DNA of 64,000 nt, from assembly GCF_009914755.1 (NCBI RefSeq), contig NC_060935.1. One strand, 5' to 3'. The translations under genes were made by a program, and so were the position numbers. The stretch's first letter is position 1. Each line of letters begins with the position of its first letter. Below the pieces are notes generated by a model. It made no database searches and was not told the DNA's origin. It saw only the letters and a list, made by a program, of their open reading frames with translations. Of this stretch, positions 41,961 through 55,755 are shown one piece after another. This DNA is from the human T2T-CHM13v2.0 reference genome, Homo sapiens.

Positions 41961-44900
41961 AGCGGTAGCATGGTGTAGATTAAGAAAGATTATAGACTTT
42001 GGATACAGACCTGAATTTGAATCCTGGCTTTGTCAAAAATAAGCTGTTTCCTCCTACCAAAATGAGACTGATATACAGAGGGTGGGTAAGGGGCTTATAA
42101 ATATTATAAATAAGTGCCTACCATATAGCATATGTGTGATATTATTATCTGGATTATTTGGATTAGGTGGAAAGTTAAAAACAAGTCTACAAACAAAACA
42201 TCCAAAAGCCCTAGAATCTAAAAAAAAAAAAAAAATTAAAATAAATAAATAAATAAATCACTAATGTAGTGAAGACTGTGACAAAAATAAGAATTTTCCA
42301 TGGAAGAATTAGAAGAAAATTTGAACCAAGATGATAAAAAATTAATGAATTAGGTACATTTCAAATTAAATGTATCTCCTTAACATCAGAGTCTGCAAGA
42401 TATTTAAAAGGATAACTTATAGGGACTTCCTCATCTATTATCCTATACCTGTCAACTACTCAAAGTCATGCTACCTGCAACTTACAACAACTCAGCACTT
42501 CAGCACAGGGACAGCAAACAAATGCAAATGCTGGCTTGCTGTCTTCTGAATAGGAGTAACAGCTTTCATATGCTTTCAGACTTAATTAACTTTGGCCTTA
42601 GGCCCAGACCCTGAATCATCAGTTTATAAGAGGTGCAGAATAATGGCACAAAACTCACATAATGTAGGGGTAACTCTTAGAAAAACTTTTCTAGAACTGA
42701 AAGACAAAAATAGAATTGGGCACAGTAGTGAAAGCAACATAGTGATGAGTGTCCTTCTAAATTTGTCCATCTTTCTGAATTATTTTTCATGAAGACAACT
42801 ATGCATTCATGTTGCTACTGTATTCAACAGTAAATTCTACTAAGAAAATATGTGTGACTCCAGGTTGATGTTTAATTGGTAATAGCTCCTCACACAGTCT
42901 ACTTGATTAAAAATCTCAAATCCAATATGTCACCAAGAGAAGACTTTTTACTTCCTTGAGTAGTCATCATCATTGTGATACTACATGAATGAGCAGAGTA
43001 TAATTAATTAAATAAGTATTTATTGAGCCTTACTAAGTAACAGGCACTGTGGTAGTTTATCCTGGCTTCTAAATTAGTGATCCTCTATCCTGCTAACTGG
43101 AGACTCATATACTTCTTCAATCTCCCATTCAAACCTTAGCTCCTTATTAACTTATAGAACTGAATATCTCTGGACAATATTTTACACAAAACAAAACTGA
43201 ACTTCAATCATCATGGCCTCTATTGACCACTGTGACATGTTCTGTCACTTTAGTTGAGTATACAAGATTATTAGGAATAATACAAATTTATTTATAACCT
43301 CTCATTGACCTCCTTTTAGTTTTTGACTATAGGTACAATAGTCAGGAGTTAAGCAGCATGACCATAATATGTGATGTATGTGTCCATAAATATGTACTTA
43401 CTACTTTTGCGTGTGTTCACACGCATATATGTCTGTTCATGTCTTCACCTTCCTTACATGGGCTCATCTTTAATCTCTAAAATCTATTACTTCAGCCTCC
43501 ATCTCACCAAGTCTTCCCATTTGTTAATGACTTTTTCCCACAAGACAGTTGAAATTAATTTTCCTGTCACCGACTTTGTATTGTGGGAAAATCCTGGATT
43601 TATGGAGTTTCCCTAACAGAGAACTTTTCATTGACTCCTATTCCATAAACCTAGTATACAGCATCTGCCTCTCTTTCTTTATTTGCATCAAGTTGCAACT
43701 GCAGGCCTGAAATAAACCTGGCAAGCCAGGTAGGGAATCTGCCATCCAGTCCAACCCTGCGGCCCCCTCTATCCAGAGTGTTGATTCTGCTGTCTTGATT
43801 TTCAGCACCTGTTTGGATTCTTGTTCTTAACAGAACATCTATGGGTTCCACTGCTTTAACAAAACTCATCATGGAAATAGCCTCTTCAGATAAAAACCTA
43901 AAATAAATTAGGAAAGAGAAATCATAAATACAGCAGTGGCTCTAAGAAGCAGAGCCGCTTCTCTCCTGGGAAGTTGCCATTACTGTTAGGGAATAATGTC
44001 AGAGGCTCTGGGAAGGCTCTCCATGCAAAAACCTTTCTCAGGGATTCGAAGATATTTTTAACAAATAAGATGAAGTATAAAATTTCACAAGTGGAATTCA
44101 GCCTTAAAACTCCAGAGAAACTGAGATTGCTTGTTACAGCTCATAAACCCTAGTGGCTCCTGGGCTATGTTTTGTTTGCTCTAGTTTACCTCCACCCAGT
44201 GAATGCATTTTCTGGTTCACATAGCACTCGTTGCCTGACACATGTTCACAATGCTTATTTCTAGCAACTGCCTACACCCTAGTTGAAATTCACTAGATAA
44301 CTGACATTAGACGGGACGGTATTTTAGCCTTCCTTTTTGGTAGCTATGCAATCCTAGCCCATTGTCTCACTTCTCATCCCTTTTACACCGAGGAGGACTG
44401 AATTACTAGGTTCTGGATGATGGCCATTTGTCCAGGTTTCCCAACTGAGAGTAATTAATTGCCAAAGGATTTATGCACAGGGACTCTGGCCTCTTTCTCC
44501 TCCCTTGTCCACTTAAATCAGTAGGAGGTAGTTTCCTGGATATGTGTGCCTCCTCTGGGTACCCATACTGGCCCTTGAGTGGGTTTTTTCTCTATCCAGA
44601 TAGAGTAATAGCTACATAGCAGAAAGGCAGTAGATCTACTTGAATCTCATATAAGAGCTACATATTCCAGTCTAGTCTGACCTTTACTAGTAACAAGGGT
44701 GGTACTATCATTCTCCTGCTGACTTGCTTCTCAACTGATACAGTTTCCAGAATAAATATGAGAGCTATTTATTAAGCATAACAAATAATATATATATGAG
44801 CTTTACCAAGGAGAATAATTTGATGATGGGTTGGCTGTTTGTGTATAAGAAAAGAAGACCATCCTGGATGTGGAGAATACTTCAGATAGAAAGTCTGGAA

Positions 44901-45239
44901 ACCGGAAGGAAAACATTAACATTATAATTAGTCAGTTCTTTCTTTTTCCCCTTTACTTTGGCTTTTAAGAGAACCTATGTTTCCAATGATTTTAAAAATA
45001 AAAGTTCTTAAGAAATGTCTGTATGGGTAAGAAAATTGAAACCCAGAAAGGTTAGATGTCTTTCCAAAGATCATATGGCACAGCTATGATTGGGATCTGA
45101 GGTCCTTTATCACACACCCTTTAATCAACATCTACTAATAAAGGGAAAGTAAGAAAAACACCAATGGTAACAACATTTAAAGTGGTTTATACATATAGAG
45201 CAGTTCTGCCAGACATTCTTCTAGGTGCCTTGAAATATT

Positions 45240-45710
45240 AACTAATTCATAAAATACTTTATGTGAAGCAACGTGTACCTGATTCTGTACTACCTGTGGC
45301 AAATACAGGCATAAACAACAGAAGTGGCTCTTGTCTTTACATTCTAGTAGAGGTGACAGCCATCAATATAATATATTGATTAGCAAATCATTACTTAATT
45401 ATACTGTAATATGTGCTCAAAGAAATATAGACTTTCATGACAGATTGTAATAAAAGGCCTGATACTTGAAGTGTAGGAGTAAATTAGGATGGGGGAAAAG
45501 CAGGAAAAGATGTTCCAGGCAGATGGAACAAGTGAGAAAAGCCTGCAGCAGAAAAGGGCCTTTTCAAAAGCGTGGGGCATCATTGGTGACTGGAGATAAC
45601 AATGGAGAGGTGGGACTGGGACAGATCATGAAGGGCCCTAGAGGTCATAAAAAGAATTTGGGGTTTTATCCCAAGAGTAACAGACATCCATTGAAAGAGA
45701 TATGTGAATA
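45240..45710 (-). mobile_element. L2 fragment
   Basis: TGTTCCAGGCAGATGGAACA...CAGATCATGAAGGGCC...AAGAATTTGGGGTTTTATCC. Confidence 0.7.
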
Positions 45711-46219
45711 ATTTGACAATACAAAGAAGAAAAATGTAGGTGCGTGACTAAATTTTCGGGGATGGAAATCAACAATCTTGGTTACGGCATTCATTAAAGT
45801 AGATTGTATGAAGGTGGGACAATGAATCTGCCTAACTTCCTTTTGATTCGTATCAGTCATTCCGGGCATCCCCAAGATAAGTGCATTTCAGGATATTCCA
45901 GTAGCTTCACTTATACCTGTTTATGAGAGAAGTTTAAACTTCATAGTCTGGAAACTTCCTGCTGATTATAAAGGATTTTGAGAGTTATTACCTAAATCCT
46001 GTGGCTGCTTGTAAATCAGTGAAGACATCATTATAAGAAATAGTAGGAAAAAAACCATATTTCTCTAGTGACCATACTGGAACAAAAATCTCTTATTACC
46101 TAGAAATGAGAACTACTTACAAATCCTTCCTTATAAGAATAGCCCTGCACAGAATCATTCTAACTTGACACAGATCATATTTTTACAAAACACTATATCA
46201 GTTCAACCACTAAAAATGT

Positions 46220-46515
46220 TGCTGAGTATAGTGGCTTATGCCTGGAATCCTAGCAGTTTGGGAGGTTGAGCTGGGAAGATCACTTGAGGCCAAGAGCTAG
46301 AGACCAGCTTGATCAGCATAGCTGACCTCTGCAAAAAAAGAAATAATAATAATAATAAAAATTAGCTGGGTGCAGTAGCATGCACTCATAGTTCTAGCTA
46401 TTCAGTAGGCTTAGGCAGGAGGATTTAGTGCAGGAGTTTTCCATTGCAGTGAACTATGACAGCCCTACTGCACTCCAACTTGGGAGAAAGAGTGAGACTC
46501 TGTCTCAAAAATAAT
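46220..46515 (+). mobile_element. Old AluJ
   Basis: Diverged dimeric Alu with J-type GGGAAGATCACTTGAGGCCAAGAG. Confidence 0.88.
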
Positions 46516-47039
46516 AGTATTGTCTACTAACTCAAAATGCATGAGTAAATTGCATATAGAACAATATTAATCTAATATTCATACAAAGCAAAATTCTTCA
46601 GAGACTGAAGGAAGTCCAAGTCTGCAGAATGCCATTAAGTATCAAGGCAATTAATGAGTTTCAAAAGCTCACTTGTAAAAAATTGCGTCCCTGAAGATTC
46701 ATTAAAAGACTCTATGGAAAAGCAGCTTCTCTCACCCAATCACTTCTTCCTCCACCTACAACCAGATGGTGAGAGCTAACCTAGGCCTCCATAGCTGCTT
46801 TTCTCTTCCTTTCTCTCAGACTATGGACAATGCCATCTGTTCCCAAGGTTTTGTGAATCATATGTAAACTAATGACACACACTTCTTTTCTGTTTAGCCT
46901 TAACTTTTTTCACTGGATGTTTTGCTTATCATCAAAAGCAACAGCAGTCCATCTGTTTTCAGTCTAATACACCCTTGAGTTAACACAGGGTTAGCACACC
47001 AGGGAGACAACATACGGATCTCATTCCGCCATTAAGGAA

Positions 47040-47580
47040 GTAGTATATGGAGGTGAATAAGAGCATGGAATTTGGGGTCAAACAGATCTGAATTTACAGT
47101 CAAGTCCTGCCACTTAACTGTAATGTAAGTTTTGACAAATTCTTTCATTCTAGGAGCTTCATTGTCTATACTGATGAATGAGGCTAGGAACAATCTCACA
47201 TAACTATATGAAGCTTAACTAAGATCACTCACTTGAAAAGATGCCTGGCACATAATGATCACTGAAAAGTTTGTAGCTTCTATCAACATCATCGCTCAAC
47301 AGCTAGCCAGCTTCTCATTTGTAAATATATATTTATACCCTGATTAAATATATTGTATGTGTGGTAGAAGAAGGTAGTATAGTGGAATGTCTTTTGAACT
47401 AGAAATGAACAGAAATTGAGTCTAGTTCCTTTTCCTGTCCTCATAGCCATGTGACTTAGGTAATTTATTTAAATTTCTAAATCTCAGATTTTTAATTTGT
47501 GATATAGCAGTAATACTTATTGCATAAGTTTGGAGTGTTAAACAAGATAATGTATGGCTATGTAAATTATGATTCTACAT
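47040..47580 (+). mobile_element. Two tandem MIR SINEs
   Basis: AATAAGAGCATGGAATTTGGGGTCAAACAGATCTG...; ATAGCCATGTGACTTAGG... Confidence 0.7.
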
Positions 47581-48244
47581 AAAAAAGTTCCTAGTTGAGT
47601 CAGCATTTAGGATAAGTAACATTTATTCTCATAGAAATTTTGTTACAAATGGCTGTTAAGTTCAAGTGACAACCCACAGCAATGTATTCACCTTAAGCAT
47701 AGCTTAAACACAATGTATTTGAAATAAAAAATAATACAAAATAACAGCAATGACTCCAATAATAGTTGCTAAATAAAAGACAAAAAAAACAATGTGGCTG
47801 TACAAAAAATATTTTGTCTCAGGTGCTGATGCTGGAGAAAATATAATAATAGATATCTGCAGAATATAATGATTGATGTCTGCAAAGAAAATATAATGAA
47901 ATATTTCACGTTTCAATGGAAACATGAAAGTTCGATGTCAATATATAGAGATTTTCAGGAATGTTTGCAAATGATGACAGATTCCAGTTGAGGTTTTACA
48001 AAAATGTTTGGACAGTTGCTTTTTCTTTCTCAAAGTTTTTTAGGGTTCAAAATGAAAGGGAGAGCTACATTAAGATTTTCCTGAGATAATGAATGAAAAT
48101 AAAATAAACCAAGAAAGAAATAAGAGGGCAAGAAAGAATATGGATTTTCATGTGAAGGAGGGTTACTTCAGGAAGAATCTCAAGAGTTATGATCAGGGAT
48201 ACAGGATTAGGAGATAAAGAAGAAAGAAAAAATAAGTTGCCTAT

Positions 48245-48460
48245 AATAGTTACCATTTATTGAGAGTTTACTATATGTCAAAGTCTGTTCTAAACGCTTC
48301 GTATATATTAAAGTCATTTAGTCTTCACACTTCGTCTATGAACTAGTGCGATTGTGAGCCTTATTTTATAGATTAAGAAACTGAGATGCAGTTATAAATA
48401 TAGTAAGTTGTAGAACCAGGATTGGAATTCAGGCAGTCTGGATCCAGACCCCAGACTCTT
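48245..48460 (-). mobile_element. MIR SINE
   Basis: ATAGTTACCATTTATTGAGAGTTTACTATATGTCA...AAGAAACTGAG...CAGGATTGGAATTCAGGCAGTCTGG. Confidence 0.8.
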
Positions 48461-50527
48461 ATGAAAAAGAATAAATATTGGGTTTGGGACAATTTATTCA
48501 TGTAACAGTATTTAATATCAGAGAGTATATACAGATGACTATTACAGCCACACTTTCTGTATTATTGGAGCTTACAATTTAGCTCTCGTACTGAGCCAAC
48601 AGGTAGTGCTCTTCATGAGCATAGTTTGGTCATCCAGTAATACTAGGTTATCAGGTTTCCAAATAAGCAATGTTAGAGCCATTTCCAACTCTTCACTTCT
48701 TTATACATGATAGTGACATCTTTCAGTGTCCCTTAGTCTCTCTCTCTTCCAGCATATGGTCTTTGCCTCTGTTCAAACCATAGTCAACCTCCTTCCTCCT
48801 CCTCAACAGACTTCTTCTAGGCAGAACACTCCAATCATCTTCAAAGCTGTTTCTTGAAGCTGTTTTCACCAGTTATGTCTATCCCTTTTACCCTGTCACA
48901 ATTCTGCTTCTTGCTGAACAAAAATCTAGGCTACAAAAAGAGTATGACAATTTGCCTATTGCACCAGTATCAGTATGAAGATAAGGGCCATCCCTCTTAA
49001 GGGCAATTATTGCCCCTTGGACTAACCAACACCCTGCCTCCTCACTTCCTCATAATTCCAAGGTGAATCTACCTATCCTTACATGCTGGTCCTCTCAGAA
49101 AGGATACTATTCTATTATTCAAACTAATCTTGAAATCCAGGAAATCATTTCTACTGGGGTGTGAGAGCTTGGCATTTCTTCACTTAAAACCTTTCCCAAA
49201 TATTTGTCTAAAAATTTAGCTAATCTGATGGGCTTGAAATAAACTTTTGCTTTGCAGCCAGACATATTTAGATTCAAATTTTTGCTCTTCTGCTTCCTAG
49301 CTGAGTGTCTTTGGACAAAGGTAGCCTCTCCATAGAGCAGAAGCAAATACCATAGCTTGTACTGCTGGTTTGAGAATAAAAGGAAATGTTAACACTGTCT
49401 TTGCATGTATTGTTGTCTTTTCAGGTCAGTTGTCTTCTAGCAGTTTTATACATAATTCTTAGTTACTAACTTTTTAAATGCTAGAACCCAAGTTGAGTAC
49501 ACAGAGAAAAGTAGATTCTTTCACCTTCTAATCAATGCTTTGGATATATAACAGTATTTCCCTCATTAATTTACTCAACAAACATTTATCAAGCATCAAC
49601 TATGTGCCAGGCATTAGTCAGGACACTGGGATGCAGTGGCCAACAAGATCCATAAATATCTATTAGAACAGCACTGCATATCAAATTATATGACTTCATT
49701 GAAATGAGTTCTTTTCTATTTATTTCACACAGTTGCTAAACCTCTATTTTCTTTAAATGTAAAAGTCAATTTGAGAAATGTATTCAATAATCATATAGGA
49801 AAGCAGTGACTTACTGTCCTGAGGACCACTTCAAACTAATCATTTCTCTTCACAATCCTTCCTTCCCCTGATATGGGGGTATAAGTGTTACCAAAGAATA
49901 TGTGCCCATCTCTGTGCTAAGTGATTTATCTTATTTCATTTTTATTTCTCTGTAAAGTAGACAATTTAAAGATGGACAACCTGAAGTTCAAAAAGCTTAG
50001 GTACTTGAAGAAGGCCACAAATCTACTAACCCAGATCAATCTAGCTGGTTGAGGCACTGTTGGTTTGTAATTTCAAATGTGTAATATACATTAGGAAGTG
50101 GGGGGTACCGGTTTCAGTATTTGAACATGCAGCTTTATGCTCACAATGTGTGGTTCCAAGGTCTCTTAATGGCAGAATAAAACTTCAGAACACAGAGAAG
50201 AGAACATGCTGGCTCTTCCAACCATCAGTTTTACATGCTTTCAATTAATGCTTGATCTCTGCAGGTGGGAATCTGCAGATGAGACAATCCATCTGCAGTC
50301 AGTAATCACTCCATTTCACTGTCTTGAACTCCTGGCTAGTAAGGGCAATTAAAGTCACGCCCCTGCTGAGATTCAGACTCAGTGATTGTTGCTGCTCACT
50401 TGCCAGAAAAAGCAAGAACCAATGTGGAAAAATTGAACCTTATTGAAAAAAAAAAAACAAACCCTCTTTTCTTTGCTGACTTTTAGGCCTGACTTTGATG
50501 CAGAACATTTAAGAAATATTGCTATTA

Positions 50528-50853
50528 TAGTATCTGCTTCTAGTGAGGGCTTCAGGCTGCTTGTACTCATAGCAGAAGATGAAGGGGAGCTGGCATATAC
50601 AGAGATCACATGGTGATAGAGGAAGCAAGATAGAAGGGAGGGAGGTGCCAGGCTCTTTTTAACAACCAGTTCTTATGGGAAGTAACAAAGTGAGAATCTA
50701 CTTATCCGGCTACCCACCCCAGGGAAGACATATGTTTATTCAGGAGTGATCTACCTCCATTACCCAAACACCTCGCATTAAGCCCCACCTCCAACACTGG
50801 TAATCAAATTTCAACATGAGATTTGAAGGAGTCAAACAAACCAAATTATAGCA
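50528..50853 (-). mobile_element. MSTB/MSTD-like MaLR LTR fragment
   Basis: ATCTGCTTCTAGTGAGGGCTTCAGG...GAGGTGCCAGGCTCTTTTTAACAACCAG...TCAACATGAGATTTG...AAATTATAGCA. Confidence 0.85.
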
Positions 50854-53179
50854 CAGTCCCAACATAGTCACTGTCTGGCTATGTGATACTGAGTAACTCA
50901 GTGACCCTCTTTGAAAGCTGTAAGAACAATGAGGATAATGGTACCTGATCTACAGACTTCAGAGAACTGTTGTGAGGGTTAAATGAAATTATCATGGAAA
51001 AGAGCTTTGAAACACTACCACACAAAATGCAAAGGCAAGGAATATTTTGGTTCTCTCTCAACACAGGCTTTGTGTGGTAGCTGGCAAGGGAAGGGTCCTA
51101 AAGAGGTGCCATGGAGAGTGGGGAGCCTGGTGCTCCTCCACGGCTTTCCTCCTGTGGTTAGTACTAACAATCAGATGTGGTTGCTGAATAGAGCTGAAGG
51201 CTAACAGCTCTGGGTGAAGATCTTTCAAAGTTCTGCCACTGGAGGAAAAAGCCAACCTCCTTGACCCACAGGTCTCTCAGTCCCCATGACTAGGGCCTTG
51301 AGATGAGGCCCCAAAGACTCAGCCCCAGCTCAGTTTTAGGATTAATCTAATCTCACACAGAGGACTCTAGGAAGCCTTTACTCAGTGACTTGGTGGCACA
51401 GATGTCAAACCACCAGCTGCTCTATTGCCTCTATTGCTCTGATCTCACACCCTTCTTCTTGTAGGTCAGAGGAGTAGTGAGAAGAGGGTATGGGCTTCAG
51501 AATCCTATGAACATGGATTCCAATACTGGATCTATCACTGGTTTGGTTTTAAATAAACAGGCCAAATTTCTCAGCCTCAGTTTTCTCTTTATCACAATGC
51601 AGATATAAATAGCTACTGAAGACCAAATTAGTTTACAGAATTTGTGGTGGGGTCTCTGAGTATATTTGAGCAATGTTTATAATGACTTAAATATACTGGT
51701 CTGAATGATGAGTGTAAGTTATCCAAGAAAAGGGAAAGGAAGGGCATTTCTGGAAGAAGGAAGATTTTGTGAGCACAGGAAGCAGAAATGAGTCCTTATG
51801 GTATAGTGACTGAAAAGAAAGACATGTTAAATAATCAAGTTTAATATGTGTTGTGACCAACTAAGAGAATTCAAATGAATTTTAGGTTCTCCTTGGTTTT
51901 CTTAGCACTATCTCCATTCTCCAGACTTACTCTCCTATGCCTGTGGGTTGATGTTTCTTAAACAGAGATTCCCTGCCAGGTATTGCAGGTAATCTTGCCT
52001 GTATGTACCTGTAAATTCTTCACTGCTTTAGAAATAAGCATTGGGAGAAAAGCTTAACAATCATAGTCCAAATATTTGACTTCAACCTAAGAACTGCAAA
52101 ACCAAGTACTATAAGTTTTCAGAAGAAACAACTGCCCTTGCCATAATAGTTGCTGAAAATACCAGCCTCCAAGAAACAGGGATTAACGAAAAGCCTCCTA
52201 CACAAAGTTCATCAGCCTCCAAATGACACAACCACTGAAGGATTTTGAGACTCGCAGATGAGCACATGCAGCTGGTAGGAAATGGGCTGAAGTCGCAGCA
52301 CCATGCCATTATCTGCAGGTGCACTGAAAGCACCAATTAAGCCTGGAGACAGGGTGTTTAGGTGGAAGGATGGGTTTTGAGAAGCAATTTCATTGTGAAA
52401 CAAAGTTCCACAATGTCCTATTGCTGAATCCAGAAAAAAGGAAGAGGCCCTTAATGCAAATAAGAAAGCTCTTGACTTTGTTTTCCACAGTGCAAAACAT
52501 CCCAGTTATAAATGTTGACTTATTTTTAGAGTCAGGTTTCAGAAAACATCTATACCAACAAAATCAGGAACAAAGCATCTTGAATTTACAAATTTCAAAT
52601 AGAAAACATCTGATTTAGCTTGCATGAATGTAGTTTTTCAATCCCCTAAGCAATTTGTTTCATGTTGAGATTGCCTCATGAATAAAAAATGTCCTGGAAA
52701 AGTTGGTTTTGTTACATCTCAGATATTTAATCAGGCATCAGGCACAGGATAGATGCAATGTGTATTTATTTTCTACTTTGGCTACAATATCAAGGACTGA
52801 AAAAATGTATTGAAAGATCTGAAATGACAAGCTGAGTAGTAGGAGATAATTCCCCTGTGGCATTTAGAAGGTATATTTTTCCTTTTGTCTTTCCTTGAGT
52901 GCTAATTTTATTCTTGGTATCATCTGCACCCAGCTTGCTCCCCTTGCACCATCATCTCTGTGGCCCATGTCTTGACTTCCTTTATACAACTTTCTTTTTC
53001 TTGTTCACACTCCAGAAATTGAGTTTCTAAGCCTCTCCACTCCATTCACTAATACACAGGGTGTCCAGGGCCTGTTAAACAGTACGTCACAGAACATATT
53101 TGTTGATGGGCTACCTATGAAAGCAGCATCAACTCTATGGGTACCCTTCTCTAGAGTTCAGTTTGTATGTGGTGCACTG

Positions 53180-53820
53180 AAGGTAACCTGAACATGTGGG
53201 TCAGATCTGGTTTCAAATCCCAACTGAGTCACTTACAAAGCCATGTGACCTCTGACCAGATCCTTGAAGTACCTTCTCTGAGCCTACTTTCTCCTCTGTA
53301 AAGTGGGAATAACAATACCCACCTCTCAGAACTGTTGTAAAATTTCCATGAAACCAAATAAATAAATCACTATATGCAAGGCCTGGCATATAATCGTATT
53401 TTCTGTTTAATGTGAATTATTACTGCAATCTAATAACTCATGGTTACTTTTCTTGCTTCCACTTAACGTAATTATAATGTGTTCCCAGATACAGAATTAA
53501 GTGGAATACAGTGTTTGACTTTGAGAATTTCAGTGAATGATTCTAGAGGAAGAACATATAAGATTTTGACATTATTAAGGTGAGTAGCGCTCTTTTATTA
53601 TTTGCAATTTATCTCTTTTTGATTCTTACTTAGACAGTATCTGTTTGCATTCTCACAACAACCTCTTAAGGGAATTACAAGCATCCAGGCATTCCTATTT
53701 AAGAGACACAGAAACTAAGTTCCAGAGAAAAGAAGTGAGTTGTCCAAGGTTACAGAGCTGGTTTGAAGCAGAGCCAGGGCTATAATTCCAGTTTTCTGAC
53801 AACCTATCCACCATACCATC
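53180..53820. mobile_element. Two inverted MIR SINEs (+ at ~53180-53420, - at ~53650-53820)
   Basis: TTTCTCCTCTGTAAAGTGGGAATAACAATACC; GAAACTAAGTTCCAGAGA..GAAGTGAGTTGTCCAAGGTTACAGAGCT. Confidence 0.75.
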
Positions 53821-54132
53821 CAACTTCAGTTTTAGGAGCTCCAATATCCTGTGAGTTCCTAGAAAGCTGGCCTTTCCATATTTGTGTCCTCAATGCCTAG
53901 CCAAGTTCCTGGCACACAGGAAATAGTCAACAAATCTTTGATGAGTGAATAAGTGTTCTGCCTGGAAGCATTAATAAGAACCACAGTCAGTCCTAAATAC
54001 AGAATCTAGACATGATCCCAGGATTATTGGGCAAGAAGTTCCACTGCCACTTCAGTAGTTTCACAGAGCAAGAGCAAGCTGAATCAGGTACAGCCTATCT
54101 CCCAGATCCAATAGGTAATCAATTCCTTCTAG

Positions 54133-54604
<472 letters not shown>

Positions 54605-55384
54605 TATTTTCTGTATTCTTTAGGCCAGCAGCAGTTCTGATGCTTCAAGCCTCTTCACTCATTTACAAGATCTAAAGCACTGAACAGAGATCTTCCTTTA
54701 AGAGCAGTACCTAGTGAGTCAATCGTTTTCATGAACAGGACATTTGGCTCGAGCCAGACAGCATATGGATAGGCACTCAGTCAACCTCCTGACTGTAGCT
54801 CTGCCTGCTTGCCTAAGGTCAGACATGAAATGCTGCCTGAGAGTGCAGTTCTCCATAAGAGGCTGTCAAATCCATGTCTCCTGAGGTAAAGGACTTTGTC
54901 CAAAGACCCAGCATGGTTCTTTCTGAATCATTTTTTAATACGCAACTTCCTTGTTAACATCAATTTATGGCATGCAGAAGGCAACCTTTCTACAATGCTT
55001 CGTGTCTGGAGATCTAAAATAACAAATTACCCAGAATCCAAACAACAACCTGGATTTGGTTTTGTTTCTCATATTTCAGGACTTCTAAACTAATCTGTTC
55101 TTATATTAAACACTACTCAATGACATCTCATGGTTCTCTCCAATCCCTAAAGTTACATGGTATTAAAATCCTGAAAAACTAAGTGATTAGGCAATTGAAC
55201 TATATTTTATTTCACCTTGTAACCAAATTCTTTCAACTGGCCTTGAGGTTTTTTTTTTTTTTTTTTTTTTATGCTATACACCATGTAACATATAATAGCC
55301 TAAAAACATTCATCCATAAGAATTCTAACAGTCGATAGTGACTGCCTAACACTCATAAAGAAATCACACTCCTTACTTGCTTGC

Positions 55385-55755
55385 ATTCAAGAAAGAGACT
55401 TGTGGTTGGGGGGTGGCGCAGAAAAAAAGAAGAAAGCCAAGGCATTTTTCTCCATGTTTCTGCTTCCTGTGATAATTCCAACAGCAGTGGCACCTCCTCC
55501 TTGGCTCCTACTCTGCTGAACAGGCCTGCAGTGGTTCCAGCTTCCTGTGGTTGATTCTGGCCCTAAGTTCCTTCCTTTAGTCCTTCAGTTTAGGAGTGGG
55601 CATGTTTTCCTGCTGTGGTTAATCTGTAGATTGCCTTGCCATCTTCTGTTTGTTTCTAGGCTCTTTCATGGATTATGCAACTTACTGTTTTATGATGTGC
55701 CTTTTATTTCAAATACTTAGAAGGACTTCTGTTTTCCTAGTTGGACCCTGTTACA
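55385..55755 (+). mobile_element. LTR33-like ERVL LTR
   Basis: CCTTCAGTTTAGGAGTGG..TTCCTGCTGTGGTTAATCT...AAATACTTAGA..ACTTCTGTTTTCCT.GTTGGACCCTG. Confidence 0.65.

Noticed and set aside
42491-42530. RE1/REST-like TTCAGCACAGGGACAGC next to an ATGCAAAT octamer
   Set aside because: Half-site spacing is one base short of canonical and the left half-site is mismatched; insufficient without ChIP data.
43651-43925. Minus-strand acceptor (TTTATTTTAG at 43898) leading into a 73-aa ORF
   Set aside because: No good donor site and the peptide is unrecognised.
49001-49015. Palindrome GGGCAATTATTGCCC (also TGACTCTGAGTCA at ~37319)
   Set aside because: Arms of 6-7 bp occur several times by chance in a window this size.
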